Of a stretch of 64,000 nucleotides of DNA, positions 51,922-64,000 are shown piece by piece; within the stretch, counting starts at the first letter, position 1, and each line of letters begins with the position of its first letter. The notes below the pieces were generated by a model. That model worked only from the letters and a program-made list of their open reading frames with translations. It was not told the origin of the DNA and did not search any database. The stretch is taken from NCBI RefSeq assembly GCF_036321535.1, contig NC_087436.1:4960001-5024000 (forward strand), given 5' to 3'. Origin of the DNA: Camelus dromedarius. Lineage: Eukaryota. The translations under genes were made by a program, and so were the position numbers.

Positions 51922-53477
51922 CCAAGTTCCACTGTGACATTCTTCTAATATCTAACTATTTCTAACTACAAACCATTTTCCAGGTCATTTTAAATGACAG
52001 CAAATTATTTTGTCAAACTGATTATAAATTCTCTTTCACTGCAAATGATATAGTGGATGGGAGAGAAAGCAAAATAAACTTTTTGAGTCAAATTATATGG
52101 TGAATGTAGAAAATATAGTATGTAAATACATTCAAAAAGGACAGAGGAGATTTTAGAGACACGTTAAAAGTAAGAGACATGGTTACTAAAAATAGAACAG
52201 AGATTTCTACAAGGTTTCAATTTAGAAGCCAACTCATCCAAACGTTCTTTTAACCAGACCTGCCCCTTTCTTTCTCCTTCCTTCTCTAAAAGATTTGGCT
52301 CAGATATCTTCTCTTCCAGGAAGTTTTTCTGAGGTTTTTCCACTCCCTCCTATAGCGGCAAAATAAATTGTGTTCACTTGTGTGTTCCCTTACGCTCTGG
52401 GATTTTGTGTCTCACCTAGGCTCTCAACCTTCTCGAATCACTTTCTATGGTCAGGCTTAGTGGAAGATGCACGAGGAAATGTTCTAACTCCCATTCAGAT
52501 TTTTAGTATAGTGGGAGGACTGTCACATAATAAAACTAATTTGATTACTGCTATGATGTGCAGCGGCTGGAAGCTGAGGGAACGCTCGCCTTCCTCCCTG
52601 ACTCCGGAAAGATGAGCAAAAGCCAATGAATGGAGATTCCATCTGAGTAGAGTTTCAAAGGATGAGTCAGAAAAGGTCTCATGGAGAATGATGGTGAAGA
52701 GCATTTCAGAGACCTGGAAGAGGGTGTGTGAACTGAACGGCAGTGAGAGAAAATGCAGACATCAGGCACTGGGTGTGTCTTGACCATCTACTTTACTCAA
52801 GGGTGGTGTGTTTGACCTGACTTGATTGTGAGGTATTTGCATTCACAGTTATTTCTGCCTTTATCCCTATACTTAGCCCAATGTTCTCCAGCCAAGAATG
52901 TTCAACTGGTTTTGTTTGAATGAGTAAATCAATAGTAGAAGTAATTGCAGTAATGATTAAAGACGAGACATGTCAATATAGTTAATAAAGAACAGTTTGG
53001 TTTAGCTTGTATGGTATTATGCACAAACCAGGCATATTCAAATCTTCCTAAACGAAGACAGGGCTCCATGGGCAAAAAAATCCAAACCTGCAAGAAATTT
53101 CACTGAATGTCAAGTCAGTTTTGATGAACTATGTTGAAAAAGTGGAAAATGTTCCAGTGGAAAAAACTGTATTTCTCTTTGTTGGACCAGTTAATAAGGT
53201 CACTCTAGCACTCAATAAAGTCATTCTAAGATTAATCACTTTATGATAGATGCATATTGAATACCAAGGCTGTAAGATATTCAAGGACATTGCACTTATA
53301 GTTAAAATGAAATGTGACTCAAAAAAAGACTTTTTCAAAACTGGATTGCTTATAAACATTTCTCAGGGATCAAGTACAGTGAATCTTTTTGTTCTCATCT
53401 TCACAGAAGATTTATATTTTACACTTTAATGTCTTTATTTTTCTTTCCTGAAAGTCTGCATGGGCTGCTTCTGTTTG

Positions 53478-53881
53478 TATTGAGGTAAAATTGGTATATA
53501 ACATTATGTTAGTTTCAGGCATACAGTGTAAATTCATATCTGTGTAACCACAAAGTGATCCCCACAACAAGTGTAGTCGCCATCCGTCACCATAACACAA
53601 CGGACCCCTTCATCTATTCCTCCTCCCCCCAACCTCCCTCTCCTCTGGTCACCACCAGTCTGTTCTCTGCATCTCTGAGTTTTGTTTGGACAACAGTATG
53701 GTGGTTGGTCCAAAACTAAAAAATAGAACTACCACTTGATTCAGTAATTCCCAATTCTGGATATTTACCAAAATAATTGAAATTAGCATCTTGAAAAGAT
53801 ATTTGTACTCCCATGTTCATTGCAGCATTACTCACAATAGCCAAGTGTCCAATGATGGATGAGTGTATAAAGAAAATGTGT

Positions 53882-53912
<31 letters not shown>

Positions 53913-53945
53913 ATGTGTGTGTGTGTGTGTGTATATATTCAGCCT
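53478..53945. mobile_element. Older L1 3' piece with internal orientation switch, plus (TA)/(GT)n
   Basis: 53478-53688 is an antisense 3'UTR; 53689-53945 is a sense ORF2 end (aacagtatgg...aaaatagaactaccac...atgttcattgcagcatta). Confidence 0.8.
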
Positions 53946-54257
53946 GCCATTCAAGTATGTAAAATTTCCTGCAGTATAACTGAAAGCCAGTGGGGAAGAA
54001 TTATACAGAGAAAAATAAATGTTTGTCTTTCTCTTCATAAGTGTGGGGAAAGGCTGGTTAGGAAATGGGTCTACAGAGGAAAAAGACTTATGCTGGTCAG
54101 TTCTTTCTGATCACTGGGGTCTACCCAATAATCCATCTCTGCCAGACCTTGCCAAAAGAACAAAGTATTGACATGTAAACAAACAGACCATAGAGGGCCT
54201 GAGGTTTTCCATCTATATTCAGTAATTTTAATTGCTCTCGTTATTACCTGAAAGTAT

Positions 54258-54788
54258 TGTTGTGCGTTCAAGGGCATTCTCAGCTGATCCAGGAAACAAA
54301 ATATGACCACGAGGTGACACCAGGGTGCACTCTCTATTTGGGATGTACTTTGATAGGTTTGCATAAGGGGATGTCCTCCGTAGCATGAGACCGCCCAGAG
54401 GTCATCACTCAGGAGGGACGAGGGGGAGGGACGAGAGGGTGACCAGAAAGAGGACTTGCATGTCTACTGACGTCACTCAGTAGCAAGATGGGGCGTCGGG
54501 GTCAGAGAGCTCCAAAGGGCAGCAGGGCTGGGGTCTCCAAGCTCAGGGTTGTCTCATCTACAGCTAGCAGATGTGGGATGTGGTTTTGTGGGGTGGCACA
54601 GGCGGCCCCAGGTGGCTAAAATTCTCTGTATTGGGGCTATGTGTAACCCAACTGAATGAGTAGAAGTTTGAGTTTGGCACCAGCGAGTTTTGAGCTAATG
54701 GGTCCCAGCCTGCAGTCAAGCCAACAACCCAGGACAATAATATTCCAGTGGCCAGCCTTTGGCCCCTCTGTATATCTAATATGTCACA
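54258..54788 (-). mobile_element. ERVL-class LTR (MER74-like)
   Basis: tgttgtgcgttcaaggg...gctgatccagg...atatgaccacgaggtg terminus; ends ...tgtcaca. Confidence 0.7.
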
Positions 54789-55954
54789 GGGTCCACTTCC
54801 TCAGTCACAGAGGACAGGGGCATAAGGCAGCACCTTAGGAAAATAACTCTCCCCAAGCGTTCGTAAATGAAGCCATGTTATTTTCAAAGGAAGAAAATAT
54901 GTTATTTGGTCAACGTTGGGAAATCTAAAAATATTTTGGTGACCTCATGCTTATGATAATGTGAGCAGTCTGTCTTTATGGCCTCTGGGTTTGTTTGGTT
55001 GCCTTGACTGTGTTGAAGTCAAGTATTTTTTATCATCATTTTGAGATGGCTGAAAACCTTTTAGAACTTTCAGAAAAAACTTTTAGAACTTTTTGAGCAC
55101 AAGTCTGTGGTTTTCTGAAAGTTTGATTTTAGTTGCAAAATCAGCATTTGAATTAACTCATTCTTTAAGGTTTCTTAAATAAGACTATTTGTAAATAAGA
55201 TTAGTCTGTTATGAAATCAAAACACTCCTGGTTTTTAACGTGTGATTTAATATATATGTGAATCTATATTTAAAGACCAACTCAATATGCTTTAAATATA
55301 TACTGTGTCTGTTTTACGTAATGAAGTAATTTTTATTAAGTAGCTTATTACTTTTACTTCTATTTACTTTTTTACTCTTCACTGAACTCAGCTCAATTCA
55401 AATAATTATGAACTACAAATGTGTATTTGCTCCTAGATATTAACTTTATTATGTGTTGTGATAGTGAAAAAAAAAAAACAAGTGTGCTTGTCTGTACTAC
55501 AGTTATGAATATTTAAGACATTTATTATATAATGACATTTGAGAGCTCTATTAAAATACTACTGTGGTGGAGTCTTTTTTAATAAGTATAGTGCCATCCT
55601 CTCTGGGCTGTTCATCAAAACGCAGAAGAAGGCAGCAGGTCACATTCCATAACTGATATTATTATCGTTTCCAAAAAAGCTGGAAAAGGAACCGTGCTGC
55701 CTTTACACCAGCACAGATACACACGGGAAACAAAAGGAAGGGTTTCGGATGTAAGTTCAAGAAATCCCACAGGACCAGACGCTGGGAAGGATGGTCCCAT
55801 GTACTGAAATGCCTTGAGAACTTCCTGAGTCACGCTGAACACAGACTGTCATTTCTAGTAAGTATTTAGCGCCTTGAATCACGGAGACAGCTGAAATGAG
55901 AGAATTCTGAAACCTGCAGCAAAAGCACTTAACCCCGGTCAGGTCTCAGGGGTT

Positions 55955-56400
55955 GAACCCGTGGCTGGCAGTCGCCCTACGTTACAGATGAGGAGGCCAC
56001 AGCCAATTAAACGTGGTGGCTGACGACGCCGCTTTCCCCGCGGTTGGGAGGCCTGTTTTCCTACCTGATTTTACCCCTCGGCGTGCGGCTATCCCCACGC
56101 CGGCCACTGGGCCACTGTTGGGAGCCATAAAATGAGTTTCAAAGGCAGTTGGGAGTGGGGGCCGTGTACACTTCAGCCATTCCGAGTGAAATTCCAAAAC
56201 TAACTGGGCCCTCGCCGTCGCCAGCAGCGTCCGCGGTCAAGTTGAAGCCCCTCATCGGCCGCCTCCGCCCGCGGGGACCGGTCCACGCCCAGCCCCCGCT
56301 GCGGCCCTCTCCCGACAGCCTTCGGTCTCACCTTGACACTTCAGAAGGTCACCCGTTCCACTGCTAGGCTTCGCATTGGGAAAACCTGAAAAAACGGATT
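55955..56400. promoter_or_regulatory. Small CpG island / candidate promoter
   Basis: The only non-repeat stretch with dense CpG and high GC (ccgcctccgcccgcggggaccgg); GC box CCGCCC near 56265; CpG stays elevated to about 56760. Confidence 0.7.
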
Positions 56401-57260
56401 ACGAGGCCACCTTGCATGTCGTCAGGTTATGTGTGTAAAGTTTAGCTGATGGGGAAGACCTCGATGAGCAGATGGAAACCCTGAATTCTGCGCATCACTG
56501 AATAGGGCTGAATTTATGTTTCCAGTTTCATCATGGCCTGCCTTACGACATTTTTCACTTTCGGAAACTCTCACAAGAGAGCAAAATGCTCAGAGAAAAC
56601 ACGAGCGCTCACTGGGGTCGCAGTATAACGTACACATCATTATCTTCTTTCTTTACGATGATTTTTTTTTTGTTGTTGATGGTGGTTCTATCATCGTTTC
56701 AAAAGCCTTATCAGCCCTCTGGACAGGGTATATCCGTTGTAAAAATTAACGTTTAACCACCTATGAGGTCAGTCTGGTTAAGGAAACCTTTCAGACTGAC
56801 ACTTTGTGTTCAAAGTGTGATTTTAAAACAAATACATGAGGAACTTTTCAAGGTCCCTGACAGCTGGATAATATAACCCAGTGATTGGGTTTAAAATGTT
56901 TGCTTTAGAGGGGAAAGCGTGAAGTTCTAGCTTTGAATGTGGAGGGTCTCAGGAGAACGAAGAAGACAGAGCTTGCCTGGTGTGTAAGTTTCAGGGGCTT
57001 ACAACCCCCACCCCTCTGCCCTCCCCTGTCCCTCTGGAATGGGCTCTCTCATCCCTGGATGCCTCTCAGCTCAACAACCTTGAGGCAGTAGCAGATTCAA
57101 GGACAGCAGGGCAGAGAAAATATATAGACTTACTTCTGTAAGAATCTGGTTCACCCGACCCAAAGGAAGCACTCAGGATTCATGAAAAAACAAAGTAAAT
57201 ATGGATTTTTGTACATCCACATTTAAAAAAAAATCCAATGATAGAAAGCACAAAACAATA

Positions 57261-57400
57261 GGGGAGAGTCTAGCTCAGTGATAGAGCACGTCCTTAGCAA
57301 GCACGAGGTCCTGGGTTCAATCCCCAGTCCCTCCATTATAAAAAGAATTAAATAAATAAACCAAATTACCCTCTCCCAAAAAACTAAAAAAAAAAAAAAA
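57261..57400 (+). mobile_element. tRNA-derived SINE (vic-1-like)
   Basis: A and B boxes, poly-A; TSD aaagcacaaaacaata / aaagcatgaaacaata. Confidence 0.95.
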
Positions 57401-60279
57401 AAAGCATGAAACAATAAAGAATGATTTTAATGGTATTTTCTGCTTTCTAGTTTAATATACTAAAAATACATTTAATTCCACTGTGTTCTTTTTGTAACAT
57501 GCATAAAATGTGGGTAAAATACACTGAATGCATTTGTAACAGGCTAGAAACGCACATAGGTCTTACCCTGCTTTGTATAAAATAACTACCTTTAAGTGAT
57601 AAGGATACTGTGTACTCAGAATCAACAATATCTATTTTAAATATGTAAATATTAAATATGAGAGCATCCATGGACAGCTGGATTGCAAGGATTTCAGTCC
57701 TCCTCTCTGGATAATTTAGGATCAAATGAATAAAACACCTGCTATGCACAGATGGTGGTTTTGAGCCCAGTATAGACTAGGAAAAACTAGCGATATGGTT
57801 CTCATTCTCCGGGTGTTCACCTGGAAGGCAGACAGGTGAGAATCTAAATGACAGGAAATATTTAAGCAGGTTCAGGAAAAACGTGCTGTTGCTTGACATC
57901 ACAATGATTCCCTGGCAATTCAACAAGTGGTCAGTAGGTCCGAGGTTCACAGAGGTTTGCAATGAATGAAGGTACAGGGGAGGCAGTGTTGACTGGTCCT
58001 GAAAGTCGGGAAGATTTATAGACACAGGCAGGAGGGAGAAAAAATACTAGAAAAGGCAGTAAGCCATCTCTCTAGCAGCAGAACATTTTGTTCTGTTTTA
58101 AATAAAAAAAAGAAATTTCAGATGACCACATCTCCAAAGCCTAAATGTGTAATTCTGAGTTGATTTCATTACAGCAGAGTTCCTGAGAAAAAGAATGTAT
58201 TTTAAATCCAAAAGGCATCCGTGCTGAGTGGATTGCTAGCATTTTACTAGCCAGAGGACGTGGAAAATTTTCAGCCCTTGCTGAAGTTCAGTTTGGATCA
58301 TCATAAAAGAGAGATACTAACAGGACTGCCCCGGTGCCTCAGGCTGTCCTGAGGCTCCGGGAAACTCAGAGGCCAGCATGCCCCTGAGTGATGAACAGAG
58401 TGAAATCCTACGAAGTATCTTCAGGGGAGCCACCCCCACCCACTTGTGCAATGGGTTGTTCCTGGGTGTCACGATCTACCAAGATTAAGCCACAAATATT
58501 GAAATCCTTTCCTTTATTCTTGCTAACAGCGTTCAATCCATTTTGAGACGGAGAGTGATTTTGTCTGTCAGTGGTTCATAAATCTAATTTTATGAAGACC
58601 ATTCTTTTCACAGAGACGGAGGGGGGCGTGGCGAGGGAGCATGTGCTGTTGGTGTGTCTAGCCACAGGGTGTCATTCTAGTCGTGCAGACTGGTCTGTCT
58701 GGAAGCAACACTCTGGCAGCAGGGACCAAACCTCCTATCACATTCAGTTTATTCAATAAACAAACCGTCAAAACTCTTACCCAATTTAAAACGTAATTGT
58801 TATACTCTGCAAAGTACATTAGATCTTTTCCTAGATCTGTTCTGTAACCTTAAGTTATTTTACCTTTAGAATGAAATGTGAGGACCCTGAACTAAAATTT
58901 CTGCAGTTGACTCAAGTGTAGAATTAATTAAGTTAAATGTCATCGCTTGCCTTGGGAATGCAGTGAGAGAAATACACATTCAGAGGCAGTTACCGGGAAA
59001 AGCAAGAAAGTTTATAAAAACATCTTTCTCCTTTAAAACTCTGTTTCCATTTATTTCGTCAAACTCAGACTTTGGCACACCGATTCATGATTCAGGTAAA
59101 ATCCATGTTTGATGGATGCAGCTAACTCAGGCTGAGTCTGCAAACCCTTTCAACGCAGAGTTAACACAGACCCTGAAACTGCAGTCCTGCCCAAATCCGC
59201 TTAAAGTTAGCACCAAGTCGCCCACTTGGCATCTCCTTTATTTGGTGCAACTCATTAATCTGAAACAGGATCGCTTTAACCATTGTGGGGAGACAGGATA
59301 AACATGGCTTAGGAACATCCCTGCGGTCATTAAAGCAGCGACAGGTTGGGGTTAGTAAGAGGGAAGGGAACATCAATCTGATACCTTGTGTATCTCCCAT
59401 CTTTGGGAGTCTTGGGGAGACTTATTTAAGTCTCTATCAGGAGTTTGAGAGGTGAACTCCCTGGTGCCTACTTGTGTTGTTCACCCAGCCGGTGACCACG
59501 TGCAGAAAGTAGACCCCTACTTTGTTCACTCGTTCCAATAGTGTTTTTGAGATCCTTTGCCACAACGGAGAGAAAACCAGACTTGTTCCTTTCAACTGTC
59601 CTGTTAGTCTTTATTGGAATCCAGTAACCACAAGAGATACAATGTCCCAACGTGGTCAGTGCAGAGGAGGTCGGTGCAACATGTAGGGCAGGCAGCCTAC
59701 AAGAGCTCCTGTCGTTAGGGGCTTCACCTGCTCACGAAGATGGGAGAGTGCATCCCAGGTGGGCCAAGGCGCAGCTCAGGAGGGACCAGTGAGTCGTGGT
59801 CCCCAGGTGAGGGGGGAGACGGCATGGTGACTCCAGGAAGTGGGGAAGTGGGGCCTCAGTGCAGAAAACCCGATGCAAGAAGGCGGGGGTGGAATCAGGG
59901 AGCCCTAGAGAGGACTTGGTCTCCATCTCTGGTCTTCCTCCCAAGAACACGGGGAACTCGGTGGAAAGGACTAAGTCAGAGCAAGGATGGGGCATGGGGA
60001 AGAGGCAGCTCTTCCAGGATCAGATGTGCACTTTGAGAAAGATCATTCCATTCTGACGTCAGGATGCAGATGTGGTTCTGGGGAGACTAGGAGGAGCTCT
60101 GTGTTGGGGGCTGGGATTAGGGAAATAAAAATAAAAGATCCAAAGAAGAGCGTGGACTTGAGACATGCAGAAAGAAATCCCTTTTCTATCTAGAGATTCC
60201 ACAGATCTTTCATTTATCTCCTTAATGGCCAGTGACACTCCATCGAAGAAAAAAAGTTAGCTAAAAGCTTAAACATTTC

Positions 60280-60789
60280 TTTCCTTTTTTTTTGTCTTTC
60301 TCTGTCTGATTTATTTCACTTAGCATAATATCCTCTAGGTCCCTGCATGTTGTTACAAATGACAAATTTTCATTCTTTTTTATGGTTGAGTAATATTCCA
60401 TTGTGTATGTACATATATACCACATCTTCTTTCTTTATCTATCTATAGACACTTAGGTTGTGTCCTTATCTTGACTGCTGCAAATAATACTGCAGTGAAA
60501 AGCACTCCTTGAGTACATAAATCTTTTTGAATTGGTGTTTTTGTTTTCTTCAGAAAAACACCCTGGAGTGGAATTACTAGATTGTGTAGTAGTTCTATTT
60601 TTAATTTTTTGAGGAACTTCCATACTGTTCTCCATAGTGGCTGCACCAATTTACATTCCTACCAACTGTCTACAAGGGTTCCCTTTTCTCCACTTATTTG
60701 TTGGCTTTTTATAATAGCATCCTAACAGGTGTGAGGTGATAACCTAATTGTGATTTTGATTTGCATTTCCCTGATGATTAGTGATGTTG
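60280..60789 (-). mobile_element. L1 ORF2-end fragment, truncated at both ends, with TSD
   Basis: Peptide [22 protein letters not shown] aaagcttaaacatttc / aaggcttaaaactttc. Confidence 0.88.
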
Positions 60790-61353
60790 AAGGCTTAAAA
60801 CTTTCAATCACCACCCCAAGGAAAGCAAAGGAGTTTTCCTGGCATTATGAGGCCTATTTAAATGGTTCATGCATATGTTTACATAAATATCCCCACATCC
60901 TCCTCTAAATTATTGTTCTACCAGTTTAGACCTTCACAGAAAGTGTGTAGGAGTCCCAATTTCCCCCCCATTCTTGATAACTTGGAGCACTGTCAATATT
61001 TTTTAACTTTGCACATAAAACTTCGTTTCAGCAGTCTCATTGGGTCGACATTTCTTCAACTGTGAAAACAATTTGACATGATTTCACATTTATTGGCTGT
61101 TTCTATGATGTGTCTAATCATGTCTTTCACCCAGGACTCCTGCAGTGTCGGTCTTTTCTTGGAAGGTTTCTCAAGGCTCTTGTCTTGAGCTCTTTGCAAT
61201 TCATCTCCCTGTTTGCTTAGTGAGAACAAAGTCAGGACCACCATTTACCCTGAAATTGTACTCTGTCTTACAGCTTCTGCTCCCTTAAAATTTGCAATTT
61301 CCTTGTCACTTTACCTGGTTCACGGCCACTTAAGAACCTTTAACATCTCTCTG

Positions 61354-61547
61354 TAGGACTGCCAGGTCTAGCAAATAAAACTATAGGACACCCAATTAAA
61401 TCTGAATTTCACATAAGCAACATGTAATTTTTTAGTGTGAGTGTGTCCCGTGCAATATTCAGGACACACAATACTAAAAAATGATGCATTATTTTTCTGA
61501 AATTCGAATTTAGTTGACTATCTTATTTTTTTTTTCTGGCAAACTTA
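61354..61547. mobile_element. MER53-like palindromic hAT MITE
   Basis: TIRs taggactgccag / ctggcaaactta; internal inverted aattaaatctgaatttca / tgaaattcgaatttagtt; about 194 bp. Confidence 0.85.
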
Positions 61548-61999
61548 TCTCTGTTTTGATTTCACAGTGTCATTGCAAGCTGCTGGACTCACTCCGTATT
61601 TACCCACACAAATTCTAAAGAGCAAAAATAATTGTATCCTAGACCATCTCCATTTGGACAGAGAACTTTTGGAAGCTTGGCTTGTAAGCCACGGTCCTGC
61701 TAATGGATTGATTGTCTTTGGGTGAATTGCCCATGACGGCTCTGAGGCTGAGGGAATCACTCCAATCAATCAAATGGAAAGTTTCTCTCAGAAAAGAATG
61801 GAAAACTTACAAGTGTCATGATTATTAAGTTAAAAAAAAAAATCCTCCCATGTGGAGTCTTTATCTAAATCTGTAAGAGTAGTTTCAAAATATCAGTCAT
61901 ATTTGTTTTGATGTTTTGAGCTTTGAAATGCAATCATATTATTTGATAAAGGCCCTAGTTTTTCACATATTCAGGTATTTTCAGAAAAATCGAGCATAG

Positions 62000-62512
62000 T
62001 AGTGGTAAGCTGAATAATGTCCCCTAAATTCTCAGACGCCTCCTAATTCTTAGAACCTGTGACTGTGTTACTGTGGGTGGCAGAAGGGACTTTGCAGATG
62101 TGATTAAGTGAAAGACCGTGAGATGGGGGAGTTATTCTGGATACCCAGTAGGCCCGTGTCCTCACAAGGAGACCCATGAGAAGGAGGCAGCAGAATTAGA
62201 ACAAGAGAAGGTGATATGATAAGGAAGTAGAATCGGGGGTAAATGGCAGGATGCTGTGTTTCTGGCTTTGATTGTGGAGGACGGGGCCCTGAGCCAAGGA
62301 GCGTGGGCAGCCCTGGAAACTGAGAGGGCCTGGAGCTTGTTCTTCTCCCTAGAACCACCAGAAGAATGCAGCCCTCCTAACACCATGATTTCTGCCCCTA
62401 GGGCCCATTTCTGGTCTCTGCCCTCCAGAACTGTAAAAACCCACAAGTGTGCATTGCTTTCAGCCCCGAGACCTGTGGTCACTTGTTACATCAGTGATGG
62501 ACAACTATCACA
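62000..62512 (+). mobile_element. MaLR LTR (MLT1D-like)
   Basis: gctgaataatgtcccc...gggactttgcagatgtgattaag...cctccagaactgtaa. Confidence 0.88.
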
Positions 62513-63846
62513 ATGGCCAGGCTCAGAATATTCTCCAGGTTTTCTTGGGTATCAGTGCATTTGATTCAATAGAAAGAAAAGCAAAATAGAAAGAAATGTT
62601 CATGTTATTCGTCCAGTTATTTATTTTATTAATGATAGTGTCTGTGCCTCTGTAAAGGTAACCAATGCATGAAAACAGAATTACTACAGCAGAACAGCTC
62701 CTCATGCCTCGTGCTCTCCCGTTTATATATCAACTGAAATTCGGCAAACCGATAGATCTTTGCTTTAAAGGTGCACTTTTTCACTTTTGGTTTTCACCTT
62801 TAAACATTATCCAAGGGTAAATGGCCTTGTATTATGAAATATGAAATTTGGATTGTATTTCTAAATATGTACCATACATTTAAAAAAAGTGTTCATGTTC
62901 CTCTTCTAAAGATTGCTGCATATAGAATAAAGTTTAGTTAGTGTGAACATATATAAGACTGAAAATCAAGAAGGGAAATATTGACATGCTCTGTTTTGAA
63001 AAGAAAGTGTTCGTTTCTGATGTACGAAGACACTGACATATGAATATTTTATTTTAGAAAATTGTTGGATCTTTCCTTCTGTTTTGTATTCAGTTTAAAA
63101 ACAGTTTCAGAGGAAAAAAAATTGTGTGACTTACTGTTGTGTTCCTAATAAAACAGAAAAATAACAGGTTATGAAGAGCCATAATTACAGGGAGTTTCAG
63201 AAGATACATTTGCAAAGGTTGGATGGATTAGTCTTCAAAATGGTCCAGCTGCTGCGCCATTTGCCTTTAATGCTGGGCTGGATGTATTACCAAGCACAAC
63301 ACATTTGGTTACCAAGCATATCGTATTTGATCTAAATTATTCCATGTTTCCAATATTGTATACTTTGGAACTCTGGAATTTAAAATTTTCTTAACAGCAA
63401 CCTCTTCCTTCAGATTGAAATTTATCATACTAAGTTTTAAGAACTGCATATATGATACAATTTTTTTTCACTCAAGGATGTGTTTTCATTGTAAAAACTG
63501 ATGGGTTTCTTGGGTGTTTATTTGGTTAGTGAGTTAGTAAAATTTTTGAATAGTATTGATTAATTTCCTCTATAATAGACACTATGATAATACATATTAA
63601 TTCTTGCAATGACCTTATGGAACATGTTCATTATATACAGAAGAAAAATGAGCCTGACAGAACTTAACTTGTTCCAAATGCTGTGATTTTAGCAAGTATA
63701 CATTTTTATCTCAGCTCTCAATAATATTCTGAGTTAAAAATTGTGAGTATAGTTTAACTGTGGTCTTTAAGCTGTTATAATGATTATTATATACAGTTTT
63801 TAAGTTTTTTATTTCACAGAGTATTATCCACCTTAAATAATATGTC

Positions 63847-64000
63847 TGTATCAGTCAGGTAATGATAGATGATGTGGTGTAACAAATAATACCCCAAGTC
63901 TCAGTGGGATTGTTTGTTGCTGATTCATGTACCGTCAACTTTGGATTGTAGATTTCCTCAGGGCAACGGTCTTACATTTGTTCAGCATTCCAGCCTGCTG
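63847..64000 (-). mobile_element. MaLR LTR (old MLT1), cut by window end
   Basis: tgtatcagtcagg...tgtaacaaataataccccaagtctcagtgg. Confidence 0.6.

Noticed and set aside
63168..63393. Short open frames after ataacag/ttacag as an exon
   Set aside because: A-rich acceptor context, no clear donor, unrecognised peptides.

Overview
Mammalian, AT-rich, repeat-dense genomic DNA. It is most likely camelid, inferred from five tRNA-derived SINEs of the vic-1 type and cetartiodactyl-type L1s. No complete or recognisable host protein-coding gene is present, and almost all ORF-track entries are spurious or repeat-derived. Possible last exons of an unidentified + strand gene lie at 93-134 and from 1013. 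A CpG-island-like promoter region lies at about 55.95-56.40 kb. The rest is L1 (young to ancient), L2, MIR, MaLR/ERV LTRs, a MER53-like MITE and microsatellites. The most notable structure is a 3,039-bp TSD-flanked L1 (11509-14547) that keeps its 5'UTR, ORF1 and 3' end but lacks almost all of ORF2 (half-L1-like or possibly spliced). Others are a clean twin-priming inverted L1 (39399-39973), a 3'-truncated L1 with TSDs, a nested LTR-in-LTR insertion and a probable retrocopied mRNA 3'UTR fragment. Repeat family names come from recall of consensus sequences, not database searches. There is no CRISPR, rRNA or true tRNA.
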